NCBI GenBank assembly: GCA_905181935.1
Contig: CAJIZV010000003.1
Location: 64,848 to 128,847 of the forward strand
DNA length: 64,000 nucleotides
Origin: an uncultured Amylibacter sp.
Lineage (GTDB): Bacteria; Pseudomonadota; Alphaproteobacteria; Rhodobacterales; Rhodobacteraceae
Direction of reading: 5' to 3'
The position numbers and the translations under genes were made by a program. This document shows, piece by piece, positions 10,301 through 20,104 of this stretch. The notes below the pieces were generated by a model, which did not search any database, had not been told where the DNA came from, and saw only the letters and a list, made by a program, of their open reading frames with translations. Position 1 is the stretch's first letter. Every line of letters starts with the position of its first letter.

Positions 10301-10777
10301 GAACGCTTGTTGGCAGCGTTTGATGAAGTAAACAAAAATTTCTCCCGATTGTTCAAAACGTTGTTTGGTGGTGGTGAGGCTAATCTTGTTCTTGTTGAAA
10401 GTGATGACCCACTTGAAGCTGGCCTGGAAATTATGTGTCAGCCACCTGGTAAAAAGCTTTCTACACTTTCATTGCTATCAGGTGGTGAACAGACATTAAC
10501 TGCGTTGGCTTTGATCTTTGCTGTCTTTTTGGCAAATCCGGCACCAATTTGTGTGCTTGATGAGGTTGATGCACCACTTGACGATGCTAATGTTAATCGA
10601 TTTTGCGATATGTTGGATGAAATGATTAGCCAAACTGATACTCGCTTTTTAATTATTACGCATCATGCAGTAACAATGGCTCGTATGGACAGACTATTTG
10701 GTATCACAATGGCTGAGCAAGGTGTTAGCCAGCTAGTTTCTGTGGATTTGACTTCAGCAGAAGAGTTAGTTGATTAA
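7322..10777 (+). CDS. smc: chromosome segregation protein SMC
   Basis: The 1151-aa ORF has a GTG start, an N-terminal Walker A (GPNGCGKSN), long coiled-coil regions, and a C-terminal LSGGE signature plus Walker B (VLDEVDAPLD). Confidence 0.9.
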   Translation: MQFSKLRLTGFKSFVDPTELVIADGLTGVVGPNGCGKSNLLEALRWVMGENRPKAMRGGGMEDVIFAGAASRPARNYAEVSLLIDNTQRLAPAAFNNQDVLEVIRRITRDVGSAYKTNGKDSRARDVQMLFADASTGAHSPALVRQGQIAELINAKPKARRRVLEEAAGISGLYQRRHEAELKLKGAETNLNRVDDVVEQLESQLGSLARQARQAKRYREIGTELRQSEGLLLYRRWRESDIARQAAVEELTIATKAAANAQTEALKSLKFRELCEGKVPPLREEEAISSSVVQRLSVQRDTLADQEFRARDQIGTLQSRIEQLGNDIERESGLNKDAEETIERLDWEQQQIEKASLGHDGKLNSANIAARDAAGIMQDKESELDKLSEDAARLSARHQSAHRLLEDAQSVLKKRQADSDVAVGNVLTAEECLEEAQERLEQATATRAITQEVMLKSEAKLLEIESERVQVQASDSDARATLSEAEGEANALRAEVAALDRVIARDSADGKQLLDSIRANKGYEAALGAALADDLKAPIVEASGISGWAQMPTYSNIASLPSCAISLKKYVDAPSILARRLDQIGIVTRADGARLQGDLKPGQRLVSVDGDLWRWDGFRQSGEDAPSTAALRLQQMNRVEELREGLTLASNRLEVSKEKFDYIHKNLEDLIQADHTARIARKSADEEATNANRQMSRAEADCDMLAGKIEALKLAQVRLEEETYASSDMLKDSMKNVANLGDLETARNLVETIKIAVEAARMTMMTKRSMFDEVRREGEARTKRRQEIIQEVSGWRHRLTTAEKRISELAERKDLSKLELKSAMEAPEEIAAKRDELSKAIVTAEYRMAAASDFLALGESELRKSEQSERDAERRASENREKRARADAVAEAAVIQVSTASDRIREDLSIKPEDLFKTLETNPEKIPAADRIEADVARLRRQRDALGAVNLRAEEDAKEVNEERDALVIEKEDLEEAIKALRVGISSLNKEGRERLLAAFDEVNKNFSRLFKTLFGGGEANLVLVESDDPLEAGLEIMCQPPGKKLSTLSLLSGGEQTLTALALIFAVFLANPAPICVLDEVDAPLDDANVNRFCDMLDEMISQTDTRFLIITHHAVTMARMDRLFGITMAEQGVSQLVSVDLTSAEELVD

Positions 10778-10872
10778 TATTTAGATTTATGAATGCCTGT
10801 ATTGTTGTGTGCAATTATATCGATATTTATTTATATTTGAAATAATATGGCGAAGTTTTTTATAAATAAAAA

Positions 10873-10892
10873 AGGCGCCCATATGGGCGCCT
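10873..10892 (-). terminator. intrinsic terminator hairpin downstream of the aldehyde dehydrogenase gene
   Basis: Perfect 20-nt palindrome AGGCGCCCATATGGGCGCCT. On the minus strand it is followed by a T-run (TTTTTTATTT). Confidence 0.6.
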
Positions 10893-10919
10893 GAATAATA
10901 TAGTAGATTATATAATAAT

Positions 10920-12353
10920 TTAATTTGTCCAGCCAGTGATATGTTTGATTTCACAAAAATCCTCAATACCCCACTTGCCACCTTCGCGCCCGTTACCAGA
11001 TTGCTTGTAGCCACCAAATGGTGATGGAGCAGCGCCGCCATCGCCGTTTATTCTGATCATACCTGCTCGCATCGCACGTGCTGCGCGTTTGGCTTTATCT
11101 GGATCTTGTGTTTGCACATAGTCAGTTAAGCCATAATCTGTATCGTTGGCCAATTCATATGCATGCTCTTCATTATCGAATGGCATTATAGCGAGTACAG
11201 GACCAAAAATCTCATCACGACCTACAATCATGTCATTAGTGACATCAGCAAAAACTGTTGGACGAACAAAGTAACCTTTGTTTAATCCTTCAGGTCGACC
11301 CATGCCTCCTGCAACTAATCGCGCACCTTCTTTTATGCCTTGTTCAATCATGCTTTGAACTTTATTATAGTGTGCTTCAGATGACATTGCCCCCATGTGG
11401 GAGCCTTCTAGTGAAGGGTCACCAACTGAATGAGCTTCAGCTGTTGCTACTGCAATCTCTACTGCTTTGTCATAATATGATCGTTCCACCAACATTCGTG
11501 TTGGAGCATTACAGCTCTGACCTGAGTTGTTGAAGACATGCATTGTACCACGCTTTACGGCTTTTGCATCGGCATCGGCAAATACGATATTTGCACCTTT
11601 TCCACCTAGCTCTAATGTCACACGTTTGACTGTATCAGACGCAGCTTTAGATATTAATGAACCGGCACGCGTAGAACCTGTGAATGAAATCATATCAATA
11701 TCTCTATGAGAAGACATCTGTGAGCCAACGCCAATACCATCTCCATTTAACATATTGTAAACACCTGCAGGAACCCCCGCTGCATGCATAATTTCTGAGA
11801 ATACATAAGCAGATAAAGGTGAAATTTCTGATGGCTTCAAAACACATGTTGATCCTGCAGCAATTGCGGGAATAACCTTAAGAAAAATTTGGTTCATTGG
11901 CCAATTCCAAGGTGTGATCAAACCTGCAACTCCAATGGGCTCTTTAAGAATTTTTTCGTTTGGGAAGCCTTCTAGAACTTCTTCAAACTCAAACTCTTCA
12001 AGTGAATCAATAAATTTTTGAATATGACTAGTACCACACCCTACCTGTTGTGTGCGCGATAGAGTAATTGGCGCGCCCATTTCCATAGTGGTTGCTTGGG
12101 CTATGTCTTCTTCACGTTTGGCATATTCTGTTTGAATAGATTTCAGAAGCGCAATACGGTCTGATTTTAACGAATGCTGCCAAGACCCAAATGCGGTACG
12201 AGCAGCCGCAACTGCAGCGTCTGTATCCTCTTGCCCACCCAAAGAAATAACGGCAAAAGCCTCTTCTGTGGCAGGGTTTATAACTTCAAAGTCATTTTTT
12301 TTGGCAGGGTTCACCCATTTACCATCGATGTAAAATTGACGTTTATCTAGCAT
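10920..12353 (-). CDS. NAD(P)-dependent aldehyde dehydrogenase family protein
   Basis: The 477-aa ORF has ALDH hallmarks: the ELGGK glutamate motif and the catalytic Cys context NSGQSCNAPTR. Confidence 0.85.
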   Translation of the reverse strand: MLDKRQFYIDGKWVNPAKKNDFEVINPATEEAFAVISLGGQEDTDAAVAAARTAFGSWQHSLKSDRIALLKSIQTEYAKREEDIAQATTMEMGAPITLSRTQQVGCGTSHIQKFIDSLEEFEFEEVLEGFPNEKILKEPIGVAGLITPWNWPMNQIFLKVIPAIAAGSTCVLKPSEISPLSAYVFSEIMHAAGVPAGVYNMLNGDGIGVGSQMSSHRDIDMISFTGSTRAGSLISKAASDTVKRVTLELGGKGANIVFADADAKAVKRGTMHVFNNSGQSCNAPTRMLVERSYYDKAVEIAVATAEAHSVGDPSLEGSHMGAMSSEAHYNKVQSMIEQGIKEGARLVAGGMGRPEGLNKGYFVRPTVFADVTNDMIVGRDEIFGPVLAIMPFDNEEHAYELANDTDYGLTDYVQTQDPDKAKRAARAMRAGMIRINGDGGAAPSPFGGYKQSGNGREGGKWGIEDFCEIKHITGWTN

Positions 12354-12564
12354 GATTCACCTATATATTGGTTTTTATGTAAACTGACATTGGTATTCCT
12401 AAATGGCAAGTTTGAACACGACGTTAAAATGAAACTATTTCGACATTTAAATCTTTAAAAAGGTTATTTTGAGTTCAACCTTAGTCCAAAACGGAAGAAT
12501 AGCCTGAATGCTGTGTATTTTTCATTAAAAAAATTAAGTCCAAGGTTTATGTTTCTTTTCTACT

Positions 12565-12918
12565 TTAGACTTTAACTGCTGCGATTATACAAATCTCAAT
12601 CAGGATTTGATCGCGGGCCATATTTGCTTGAACGCAAGCACGTGCTGGCTTTTGATGTTCTGCAATCCATTCATTCCAGACTTCATTCATATCGGCAAAG
12701 TCATCCATTGTACGTATATAAATTGAGGTTGATAGTATGTGGTCACGATCTGAACCTGCCTCAGTTAGCAATGCATCAACTTTAGCCAGACAATCTTCTG
12801 TTTGTGCCTTAATATTTCCAGTGACATCATTTGGGACTTGGCCAGAAAAATAGATTGTACCATTGTAAATATTAATTTTACTCATTCGCTCAGTTGAATG
12901 TTTGCGGGTAATGGTCAT
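12565..12918 (-). CDS. RidA/YjgF/L-PSP family protein
   Basis: The 117-aa ORF has the size and sequence character of the YjgF/RidA family (IYFSGQVP..., ARACVQ). Confidence 0.75.
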   Translation of the reverse strand: MTITRKHSTERMSKINIYNGTIYFSGQVPNDVTGNIKAQTEDCLAKVDALLTEAGSDRDHILSTSIYIRTMDDFADMNEVWNEWIAEHQKPARACVQANMARDQILIEICIIAAVKV

Positions 12919-13224
12919 GTTTTCTCTTCTTTGTTGGATCTGACTAAAAGTTAGATTTTAAAATAAGCTAGATTCTAAAATCATATAAATATTTTTTAAA
13001 GCATTATTACTTTTAAGGCAATTTTTTTGGAAATAAATAGTATTTTCTATTATCAAAAAAAAATACTTTATTTTTAATGGGTTGATTTTTTCATGAGGTG
13101 AAAATTTTTTTTATTTGGTCAAATATGACACTTTTTATCCAGATTGGGACTAGTCTTATGTCTAAATTTACACATAAAAATTGTTTTGTTTAAAATAAAA
13201 TAAATCAATTATTTCTTTAACAAA

Positions 13225-13252
13225 TGAAAAGGCCTCGCAATTGCGAGGCCTT
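13225..13252 (-). terminator. intrinsic terminator downstream of pnp
   Basis: Palindrome AAGGCCTCGCAATTGCGAGGCCTT, followed on the minus strand by TTTTCATTTG. Confidence 0.65.
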
Positions 13253-13292
13253 GAAATCTTTGTAATTATTTAAAGTAAATTTTTAGAATAGT

Positions 13293-15422
13293 TTAACTTT
13301 CTTTTTCTGAAACGATTGCTTCACCTGTTTCCTGATCGATAACCTTCATTGACAGGCGTACTTTTCCACGGTCATCAAAACCCATTAGCTTAACTTTTAC
13401 TTTTTGGCCTTCTTTGACCAAATCACTTGGGTGATTAACGCGCTCATTTGCCATTTGGGATACGTGGACTAATCCGTCACGTTTTCCAAAGAAGTTTACA
13501 AATGCACCAAAATCCATGACTTTTACAACTGTCCCTGTGTAAACTGTGCCTACCTCAGGTTCGGCGGCAATTTCCATAATCATTTCTTTAGCTTTTTCGA
13601 TTTGCTCGCCATTGCTTGAGGCAATTTTGATAACACCTTCGTCGTCAATGTTTACTTTAGCACCAGAAACTTCACAAATTTCACGTATCACTTTACCACC
13701 AGAGCCAATAACTTCACGAATTTTTTCTGGATTGATTTTGATAGTCTCGATACGTGGAGCATGTTCACTGAATGTACCTGCTTCTGTTAAGGCGTTGGCC
13801 ATTTCACCAAGTATGTGCAAGCGGCCATCTTTGGCCTGAGCCATAGCCTTTTCCATTATATCTGGTGTAATACCTGCAACTTTAATATCCATTTGCAGTG
13901 ATGTGATACCATTTTCAGTACCTGCCACTTTAAAATCCATATCGCCTAAGTGGTCTTCATCACCTAAGATGTCTGTTAATACAGCATACTCACCATTGTC
14001 CTGAAGGATTAAACCCATAGCAACACCTGCTACTGGTGCGCGCAATGGAACACCTGCGTCCATCATTGATAGAGATCCACCACAAACAGATGCCATAGAA
14101 GACGAGCCGTTTGATTCTGTAATTTCTGAAACCATTCTTATTGTGTATGGAAATTCAGTTACTGGAGGTAAAACAGCCTGCAAAGCACGCCAAGCTAGCT
14201 TACCATGGCCAATTTCACGACGACCAGGTCCCATGCTACGCCCACATTCACCGACTGAATATGGAGGGAAGTTATAATGCAATAAGAAATTTGAACGATA
14301 TGTTCCGCTTAAAGCATCAATCATTTGCTCATCATCGCCGGTACCTAATGTAGTGACGGCTAGTGCTTGAGTTTCACCGCGTGTAAATAAAGCTGAACCA
14401 TGTGTTCTTGGTAGAACAGCTGTTTCAGAAACGATTGGACGTACAGTAGATAGATCGCGGCCATCAATACGCTTACCTGTTTTAACGATATCGCCACGTA
14501 CGACTTCTGACTCCAGCTTCTTCAAACAAGTGCCAAAGTTTGTATCAGAAACCTGGTCATCTGATAAAGCTTCGATAATTGCATCTTTAGCTGCAGAAAG
14601 AGCAGATGTACGCTCTTGCTTATCCGTAAATGCATAAGCGGCGCGAATTCCTTTTTCTCCAGCGGCCTTTACTACTGAATACAACTCAGAGTAATCTGGT
14701 GCCTGGTAATTAAAGGGCTCTTTCGCAGCATCTTCTGCCATGTCTATAATCATATCGATAACGGGTTGAATTTGTTCGTGAGCAAAATTGATAGCTCCTA
14801 ACATTTCTTCTTCTGTCAATTCGTATGCTTCTGATTCAACCATCATTACTGCGTCTTTTGTTCCAGCAACAACCAAATCAAGACGTTGGTCAGGGTTATT
14901 TTTTAGTTCATGCATATCATCGCATGTTGGATTCAATACGTACTGACCACCTTCAAATCCAACGCGGCAATTACCGATTGGGCCCATGAATGGTGCGCCA
15001 GATAAAGTTAATGCCGCAGAAGCTGCAATCATTGCAACCATGTCAGGATCGTTGACTAAGTCATGTGATAAAACTGTTAGTGTAATTTGGACTTCATGTT
15101 TGAAACCAGGAATGAACAAAGGGCGAATAGGACGGTCAATTAAACGCGCCGTTAATGTTTCTTTTTCAGTTGGACGAGCTTCACGTTTGAAGAAGCCACC
15201 TGGTATTTTACCAGCGGCATAATACTTTTCTTGGTAGTTTACAGTTAATGGAAAAAAGGATTGACCCTCTTTTTCTTTTTTTGCAAAACAAACTGCAGCT
15301 AATACTGAAGTTTCGCCGTATGTAGCGATTACTGTACTGTCAGCTTGGCGGGCAATTTTACCAGTTTCCAATGTAAGCGTCTCTTCGCCCCATTGGATAG
15401 ATTTTTTTACTACGTTAAACAT
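13293..15422 (-). CDS. pnp: polyribonucleotide nucleotidyltransferase (PNPase)
   Basis: The 709-aa ORF has two RNase PH domains plus KH and S1 domains. It sits downstream of rpsO, as in most bacteria. Confidence 0.95.
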   Translation of the reverse strand: MFNVVKKSIQWGEETLTLETGKIARQADSTVIATYGETSVLAAVCFAKKEKEGQSFFPLTVNYQEKYYAAGKIPGGFFKREARPTEKETLTARLIDRPIRPLFIPGFKHEVQITLTVLSHDLVNDPDMVAMIAASAALTLSGAPFMGPIGNCRVGFEGGQYVLNPTCDDMHELKNNPDQRLDLVVAGTKDAVMMVESEAYELTEEEMLGAINFAHEQIQPVIDMIIDMAEDAAKEPFNYQAPDYSELYSVVKAAGEKGIRAAYAFTDKQERTSALSAAKDAIIEALSDDQVSDTNFGTCLKKLESEVVRGDIVKTGKRIDGRDLSTVRPIVSETAVLPRTHGSALFTRGETQALAVTTLGTGDDEQMIDALSGTYRSNFLLHYNFPPYSVGECGRSMGPGRREIGHGKLAWRALQAVLPPVTEFPYTIRMVSEITESNGSSSMASVCGGSLSMMDAGVPLRAPVAGVAMGLILQDNGEYAVLTDILGDEDHLGDMDFKVAGTENGITSLQMDIKVAGITPDIMEKAMAQAKDGRLHILGEMANALTEAGTFSEHAPRIETIKINPEKIREVIGSGGKVIREICEVSGAKVNIDDEGVIKIASSNGEQIEKAKEMIMEIAAEPEVGTVYTGTVVKVMDFGAFVNFFGKRDGLVHVSQMANERVNHPSDLVKEGQKVKVKLMGFDDRGKVRLSMKVIDQETGEAIVSEKES

Positions 15423-15604
15423 TTAGTTTTCCTATCAAAGGAGCAATCTCCGGCCCTCCGAAGTCTCCTATTTAAAAGGTGGCCCCATTGCCACCGACCC
15501 TTACCCTCTTGGTGAATGCCCAGGTCTTAGCATCACATTCCAGATACGCGGGCGTATACATGCAAAATTTGAATATGTGAAGGGGTAAGAATTTCAATTA
15601 TTTA

Positions 15605-15634
15605 CAAAAAAAGCCCACTCTTAAAAGAATGGGT
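15605..15634 (-). terminator. hairpin/attenuator downstream of rpsO
   Basis: Minus strand reads CCCATTC-TTTTAA-GAGTGGG followed by CTTTTTTT. It lies between the rpsO stop and the pnp leader. Confidence 0.5.
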
Positions 15635-15659
15635 TTTAAAATTTAAAGTGAAATCTGGG

Positions 15660-15929
15660 TTAACGGCGGATTTCTAGACGTTTAATTAGATCTTGGTAAC
15701 GTGCCTCATCCTTGCCGCGTGTGTAGTCTAACAACTTACGACGTAAAGCAACCATTTTCAAAAGACCACGACGTGAGTGGTTATCTTTTTTATTAGTTTT
15801 AAAGTGTTCTGTAAGTGTCTTAATGCGAGAAGTTAAAATAGCTACCTGTACTTCTGGTGAACCAGTGTCACCTTCTTTAATAGCAAATTCTTTAATTAAG
15901 CGTGTTTTTTCTTCAACAGTAATCGACAT
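15660..15929 (-). CDS. rpsO: 30S ribosomal protein S15
   Basis: The 89-aa ORF has the canonical S15 sequence ([25 protein letters not shown]). Confidence 0.95.
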   Translation of the reverse strand: MSITVEEKTRLIKEFAIKEGDTGSPEVQVAILTSRIKTLTEHFKTNKKDNHSRRGLLKMVALRRKLLDYTRGKDEARYQDLIKRLEIRR

Positions 15930-16052
15930 CGGGGTCTCCTTGGTTAGAGTTGATGGCTCAGGCCGGGATATCGTCCAGCAGGGCCCATGGAGTATCTGAT
16001 AAAACAGATTTTGATCGTATACGATTGTTTCTTTAAGAAATAAAGAGAAATC

Positions 16053-16916
16053 TTATATTCTTTTGCGTTGTTTAAGAGCTATCATATTTGATATAAACAA
16101 AGTTAACAAAACTACTGCGCCACCGGTTAAAGCCCATGATCCTGGGTGCTCACCAATTACTGCCCATACCAATATAGGGGCAAGAATGCTTTCACCTAAT
16201 ATTAATAATGCTACTTCGGCGCTAGTTATATATCTTGGACTAATTGCTATTAAACATGTTGACGTGGCTATAAGGCTGTTGTGAAGTAATGCTATAGGTG
16301 CATCCATGCCGTTAAATACAAATGGTGTCGCCCAAGGTAAAAAAACTAAACCACTTGCAAATAATGCAAATGGAGTAACTGGAATCATCGATGAAGCTTT
16401 TGACTTACGCGCAAATGTTAAAGATGTGCCAAAGCAAGCAGCACAGCCTACTGCGCATAGGTCTCCCCAAACTGAAGTATTCAGATCTTGAGCAGAGCCT
16501 AAGGCAATTAAAGAAATTCCAAATAATGCAAATATAATTGTCCAAGCCATACGTCGTGATATTTTCTCACCTAATAAAAACCAGCTAGAAAAGGCTGAAA
16601 ATACTGGCATAGTTGCGATTATAAATACAGTGTTTGATACTGCTGTCATACTAATTGATAATGCAAATAAGGGGCCACTTAGTGCCAAAAATAAACCAAA
16701 TAAAATAGCGTTTGGACCAATATTACGGAATACATTTATAATGTTGCCTCGATGATAAACAAACAATCCTAATAAAATAAAAAATCCAGATATAAAGCTA
16801 CGCCAGACAATTATAGTGTACACATCTGCATTAAGTAATCTGATAAACAAACTATCTGGAACAATGAACAATACGCCAAATACTGCAAATAGAATACCTT
16901 TAGATTGATCTGTCAT
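16053..16916 (-). CDS. DMT superfamily (EamA-like) transporter
   Basis: A hydrophobic protein with about 10 TM segments and two EamA-like halves. I chose the ATG at 16916, which forms an ATGA overlap with the stop of the upstream DUF1643 gene. The alternative ATG is at 16928. Confidence 0.75.
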   Translation of the reverse strand: MTDQSKGILFAVFGVLFIVPDSLFIRLLNADVYTIIVWRSFISGFFILLGLFVYHRGNIINVFRNIGPNAILFGLFLALSGPLFALSISMTAVSNTVFIIATMPVFSAFSSWFLLGEKISRRMAWTIIFALFGISLIALGSAQDLNTSVWGDLCAVGCAACFGTSLTFARKSKASSMIPVTPFALFASGLVFLPWATPFVFNGMDAPIALLHNSLIATSTCLIAISPRYITSAEVALLILGESILAPILVWAVIGEHPGSWALTGGAVVLLTLFISNMIALKQRKRI

Positions 16917-17425
16917 GAAGGGTTCCATATTTCAGGTTGTACGCTGTAACTAATATATAGGGGATGCTTTGGGTAGCCTGCTTTTGATAATCCAAGATGA
17001 GTTAAAGATAAGAATTTTTCTCGCAATAATATTTCAACCTCTACTCCGCGCCCCATGTGAGCACCATGTGTACCCCATGCACAAACAATATCGTTAGCCC
17101 ATGTTGCTGCTCCTAATATTGCCGCGTTGTTATCTGGTCCATTTGGATCACTCTGAGTACGCATTATGTTAGGATCAGTAGCCCGGTAAGCAAAAATATT
17201 ACATACTTGAAACGCGCCATATCCCAGCGCGCGCGTACGGCGCTCACATCTTTCAACTGTTGGGTCATTTTGAATTTCGGTCGCAGTTGATGGGTTTAGC
17301 ATTATAAATAATATTTTACGGTTATTTGTGTCCCATGTACGGGTCAATGAATATCGATAATTTTCACAATCTGAATAAATTGCGGTTGAACGCTTATTAT
17401 TCTTATTGTGGGTACGTGTAATCAT
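16913..17425 (-). CDS. DUF1643 domain protein
   Basis: The 170-aa ORF carries YRYSLTRTW...LFIMLNPSTA...DPTVERC...NIFAYRATDP, which matches my memory of the DUF1643 family. Function is unknown. Confidence 0.65.
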   Translation of the reverse strand: MITRTHNKNNKRSTAIYSDCENYRYSLTRTWDTNNRKILFIMLNPSTATEIQNDPTVERCERRTRALGYGAFQVCNIFAYRATDPNIMRTQSDPNGPDNNAAILGAATWANDIVCAWGTHGAHMGRGVEVEILLREKFLSLTHLGLSKAGYPKHPLYISYSVQPEIWNPS

Positions 17426-17528
17426 TTAAGCTTCTCAGTGTTAAAGATTTATAATTGTAAATGTGAGATATTATATAATGCTGCATTATTAACTATTATT
17501 ACTTACCATCTAACAAAGAATTTAAAAG

Positions 17529-18437
17529 TTATTTTGCAACAAATACACGGTTAGGATGAATTTCACCTGCTTTATACACACCAATAGCCAAAGGTTCACC
17601 ATTACAAGATACCCATGCTTCGTCACCATAATCTAGATTAGACGCTAACACCATTGCAGGGTTGCCATTCCGTAGTTTTACGATTTCCTCTGGGCGACAT
17701 TTTAATTCTGGTAGGTCTGCTAAACCTAATTCGATTGGGTATAAAAAATCATCTAAGATAGGGTCTTTGGCTAATTTTTCTAATGTTTCAAAATTAATAG
17801 CATCTTTTACATTTAATGAGCATGACCAAGTGCGACGTAATATTTTGACATGAGCATAACACCCTAATGCCTCCCCAAGATCTCTCGCAATGGACCGAAC
17901 GTACCCACCTTTACCGCAGATTAATTCAAGTTCAACATGATCAGGATCGATACGTTTCAAAAATTTAAGGCTTTCGACAAACAAATTTCGGGAAGCTAAA
18001 TCTAGCTCTTCTCCACTTCTGGCTAACTTATATGCACGTTGGCCATCTACTTTAACGGCTGAAAATTGTGGAGGAATTTGTTTAATGTCGCCAAGAAATG
18101 GAAGTAAAGCTGAAACTATCTTCTCATCTGATGGACGAAGATCACTGCTTGCAATTACTTGCCCTTCTATATCATCTGTATTGGTAGCCTGACCTAATCG
18201 TACAATAAATGTATAAGCTTTCATTCCAGAAGTAACATAGGGAATAGTCTTTGTAGCTTCACCCAGCGCAATTGCTAATAATCCTGTTGCTTCGGGATCT
18301 AAAGTCCCAGCGTGCCCTGCTTTTTTTGCATTAAATGCCCATTTAACTTTGTTTACTACTGCACTTGATGTAATTCCTGCAGGCTTGTCTATTAAAAGCC
18401 AGCCATCTACACGTCGTTTATTCGATCTCTTTTCCAT
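17529..18437 (-). CDS. truB: tRNA pseudouridine(55) synthase
   Basis: The 302-aa ORF has the GHAGTLDP catalytic Asp motif and sits downstream of rbfA. Confidence 0.9.
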   Translation of the reverse strand: MEKRSNKRRVDGWLLIDKPAGITSSAVVNKVKWAFNAKKAGHAGTLDPEATGLLAIALGEATKTIPYVTSGMKAYTFIVRLGQATNTDDIEGQVIASSDLRPSDEKIVSALLPFLGDIKQIPPQFSAVKVDGQRAYKLARSGEELDLASRNLFVESLKFLKRIDPDHVELELICGKGGYVRSIARDLGEALGCYAHVKILRRTWSCSLNVKDAINFETLEKLAKDPILDDFLYPIELGLADLPELKCRPEEIVKLRNGNPAMVLASNLDYGDEAWVSCNGEPLAIGVYKAGEIHPNRVFVAK

Positions 18438-18532
18438 TACTTATATGTCCTAGTAATTTTGGCGCATAATAGCGGGTTATTATTAATTATTTAAGGTTTT
18501 AACGGGAAAAATACTACTTAAGTGGTTTAAAT

Positions 18533-18934
18533 TTAATCCTCAGACGCTACGTCTCGTCTAACTACGTCTTGTCCTAATAACCGTCGCGTTTCGTCTAATT
18601 GATCAAATGTTCTATCTAAAACAAATTTTAGATCTGGCGAGTATTTTAAGGATACTTGTTTATTTACGGATTTTCTTATTTCATATTTATTTCGATTTAG
18701 TGCATTTATTACTATATCTGCATTTTGGCCACCTAAAGGTAAAACGTATACAAGCGCCAATTTGAGATCTGGGGTTGACCGAACTTCGCCTACTGTTACT
18801 GATACGTGTGCTAAATCTGCATCATGTATATCTCCGCGTAAAAGAACATCAGATATTGCACGACGCAACATTTCCCCAACTCTTAGTTGACGCTGAGTTG
18901 GCCCATTAGCCGAGAGATCATTACGTTTTGCCAT
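18533..18934 (-). CDS. rbfA: ribosome-binding factor A
   Basis: The 133-aa ORF has RbfA-like sequence (R..RV.E.LRR.ISDVL...VTV..V..S.DL..A.VYV). Confidence 0.9.
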   Translation of the reverse strand: MAKRNDLSANGPTQRQLRVGEMLRRAISDVLLRGDIHDADLAHVSVTVGEVRSTPDLKLALVYVLPLGGQNADIVINALNRNKYEIRKSVNKQVSLKYSPDLKFVLDRTFDQLDETRRLLGQDVVRRDVASED

Positions 18935-19034
18935 TCCAGCCTGCCTTAATCGGTTTTGAAACTAGTCGCAAGCGGGGGTTTGCAAGCGGCGTAATGCGGG
19001 GTAAATGGGGAGGGGAGTTTAAAGGGACAAGATT

Positions 19035-19844
19035 ATGAAAATTCAACCAAAGATTGTAATAGTAGGAGCCTCAGGGCGTATGGGGCAAATGTTGATCCAG
19101 GCAGCACTTATTTCTGATAAAGTTAAACTAGCAGGTGTCACTGAGCAAAGTGGGCATGAGTGGGTTGGGCGTGATCTTGGTATTTGTATGGGTGGAGCTG
19201 AAAATGGTATTATTGTTAGTGACGATCCCGCCAAGACTTTTGAACGCGCACAGGCCATAATTGATTTTACCTCCCCAAATGCAACATTATTGCATGCAAA
19301 GTTAGCGGCTCATGCGGGATTAGTTCATGTGATTGGTACCACTGGAATGAATGAAGGGCATTTAGCTATTCTTAAAGAAGCAGCAAAAGATGCAATTCTT
19401 ATTCGTGCTGGTAATATGAGTTTAGGAGTAAACTTACTAACGTTACTGACTAAAAAAGTAGCTGCAGCATTAGATGAAGATTTTGATATTGAAATTGTTG
19501 AGAGCCATCATAAGCGTAAAGTTGATGCACCATCAGGAACAGCATTAATGTTGGGTGAAGCTGCTGCAGAAGGGCGTAAAGTTTTATTAAGTAATGTTGC
19601 AGATCGTGGGCGCGACGGTATTACAGGCGAACGTAAACGAGGAGATATTGGTTTTCATGCAATACGTGGCGGTGATGTGGTTGGTGAACATGATGTTATA
19701 TTTGCGGCTGATGGTGAAAGGATCATTTTACGCCATCTGGCAACTGATCGCCAAATATTTGTTCGTGGAGCATTACGTGCTGCCATCTGGGGACAAGGAA
19801 AAAAATCAGGTGAATATAATATGATGGATGTTTTAGGGCTTTAA
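19035..19844 (+). CDS. dapB: 4-hydroxy-tetrahydrodipicolinate reductase
   Basis: The 269-aa ORF has an N-terminal GASGRMG Rossmann motif and the E.HH..K.DAPSGTA active-site motif. Confidence 0.9.
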   Translation: MKIQPKIVIVGASGRMGQMLIQAALISDKVKLAGVTEQSGHEWVGRDLGICMGGAENGIIVSDDPAKTFERAQAIIDFTSPNATLLHAKLAAHAGLVHVIGTTGMNEGHLAILKEAAKDAILIRAGNMSLGVNLLTLLTKKVAAALDEDFDIEIVESHHKRKVDAPSGTALMLGEAAAEGRKVLLSNVADRGRDGITGERKRGDIGFHAIRGGDVVGEHDVIFAADGERIILRHLATDRQIFVRGALRAAIWGQGKKSGEYNMMDVLGL

Positions 19845-19860
19845 TTAAGTTAAGCTTTGT

Positions 19861-20040
19861 CTAGAAATCTGATGTAATTCCTTTGCGCTCCCAATCGCCA
19901 AAGCGTGTGGGTTCTAAACCTTTAGGGCCACCTAATTCTAGTTTTAATTCTGCTTTTTTAGCGGATTTTTTACGTTCAGCTGCTTCTGCAAGGGCTCGTT
20001 TTGCGGCAGCTTTTACGCGATCTAATTTTGTATCTGACAT
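19861..20040 (-). CDS. DUF1674 (SDHAF4-like) small protein
   Basis: The C-terminal motif GGPKGLEPTRFGDWERKGITSDF is typical of DUF1674. I set the start at ATG 20040 (MSDTK, 59 aa). The longer 140-aa version of the ORF looks like a non-coding extension. Confidence 0.7.
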   Translation of the reverse strand: MSDTKLDRVKAAAKRALAEAAERKKSAKKAELKLELGGPKGLEPTRFGDWERKGITSDF

Positions 20041-20104
20041 GTTCTTTGCTCTGTTGTTGGACGCATCCTTATAGTAGTAGCATGATAATCTATAAAGAAA
20101 AGAG

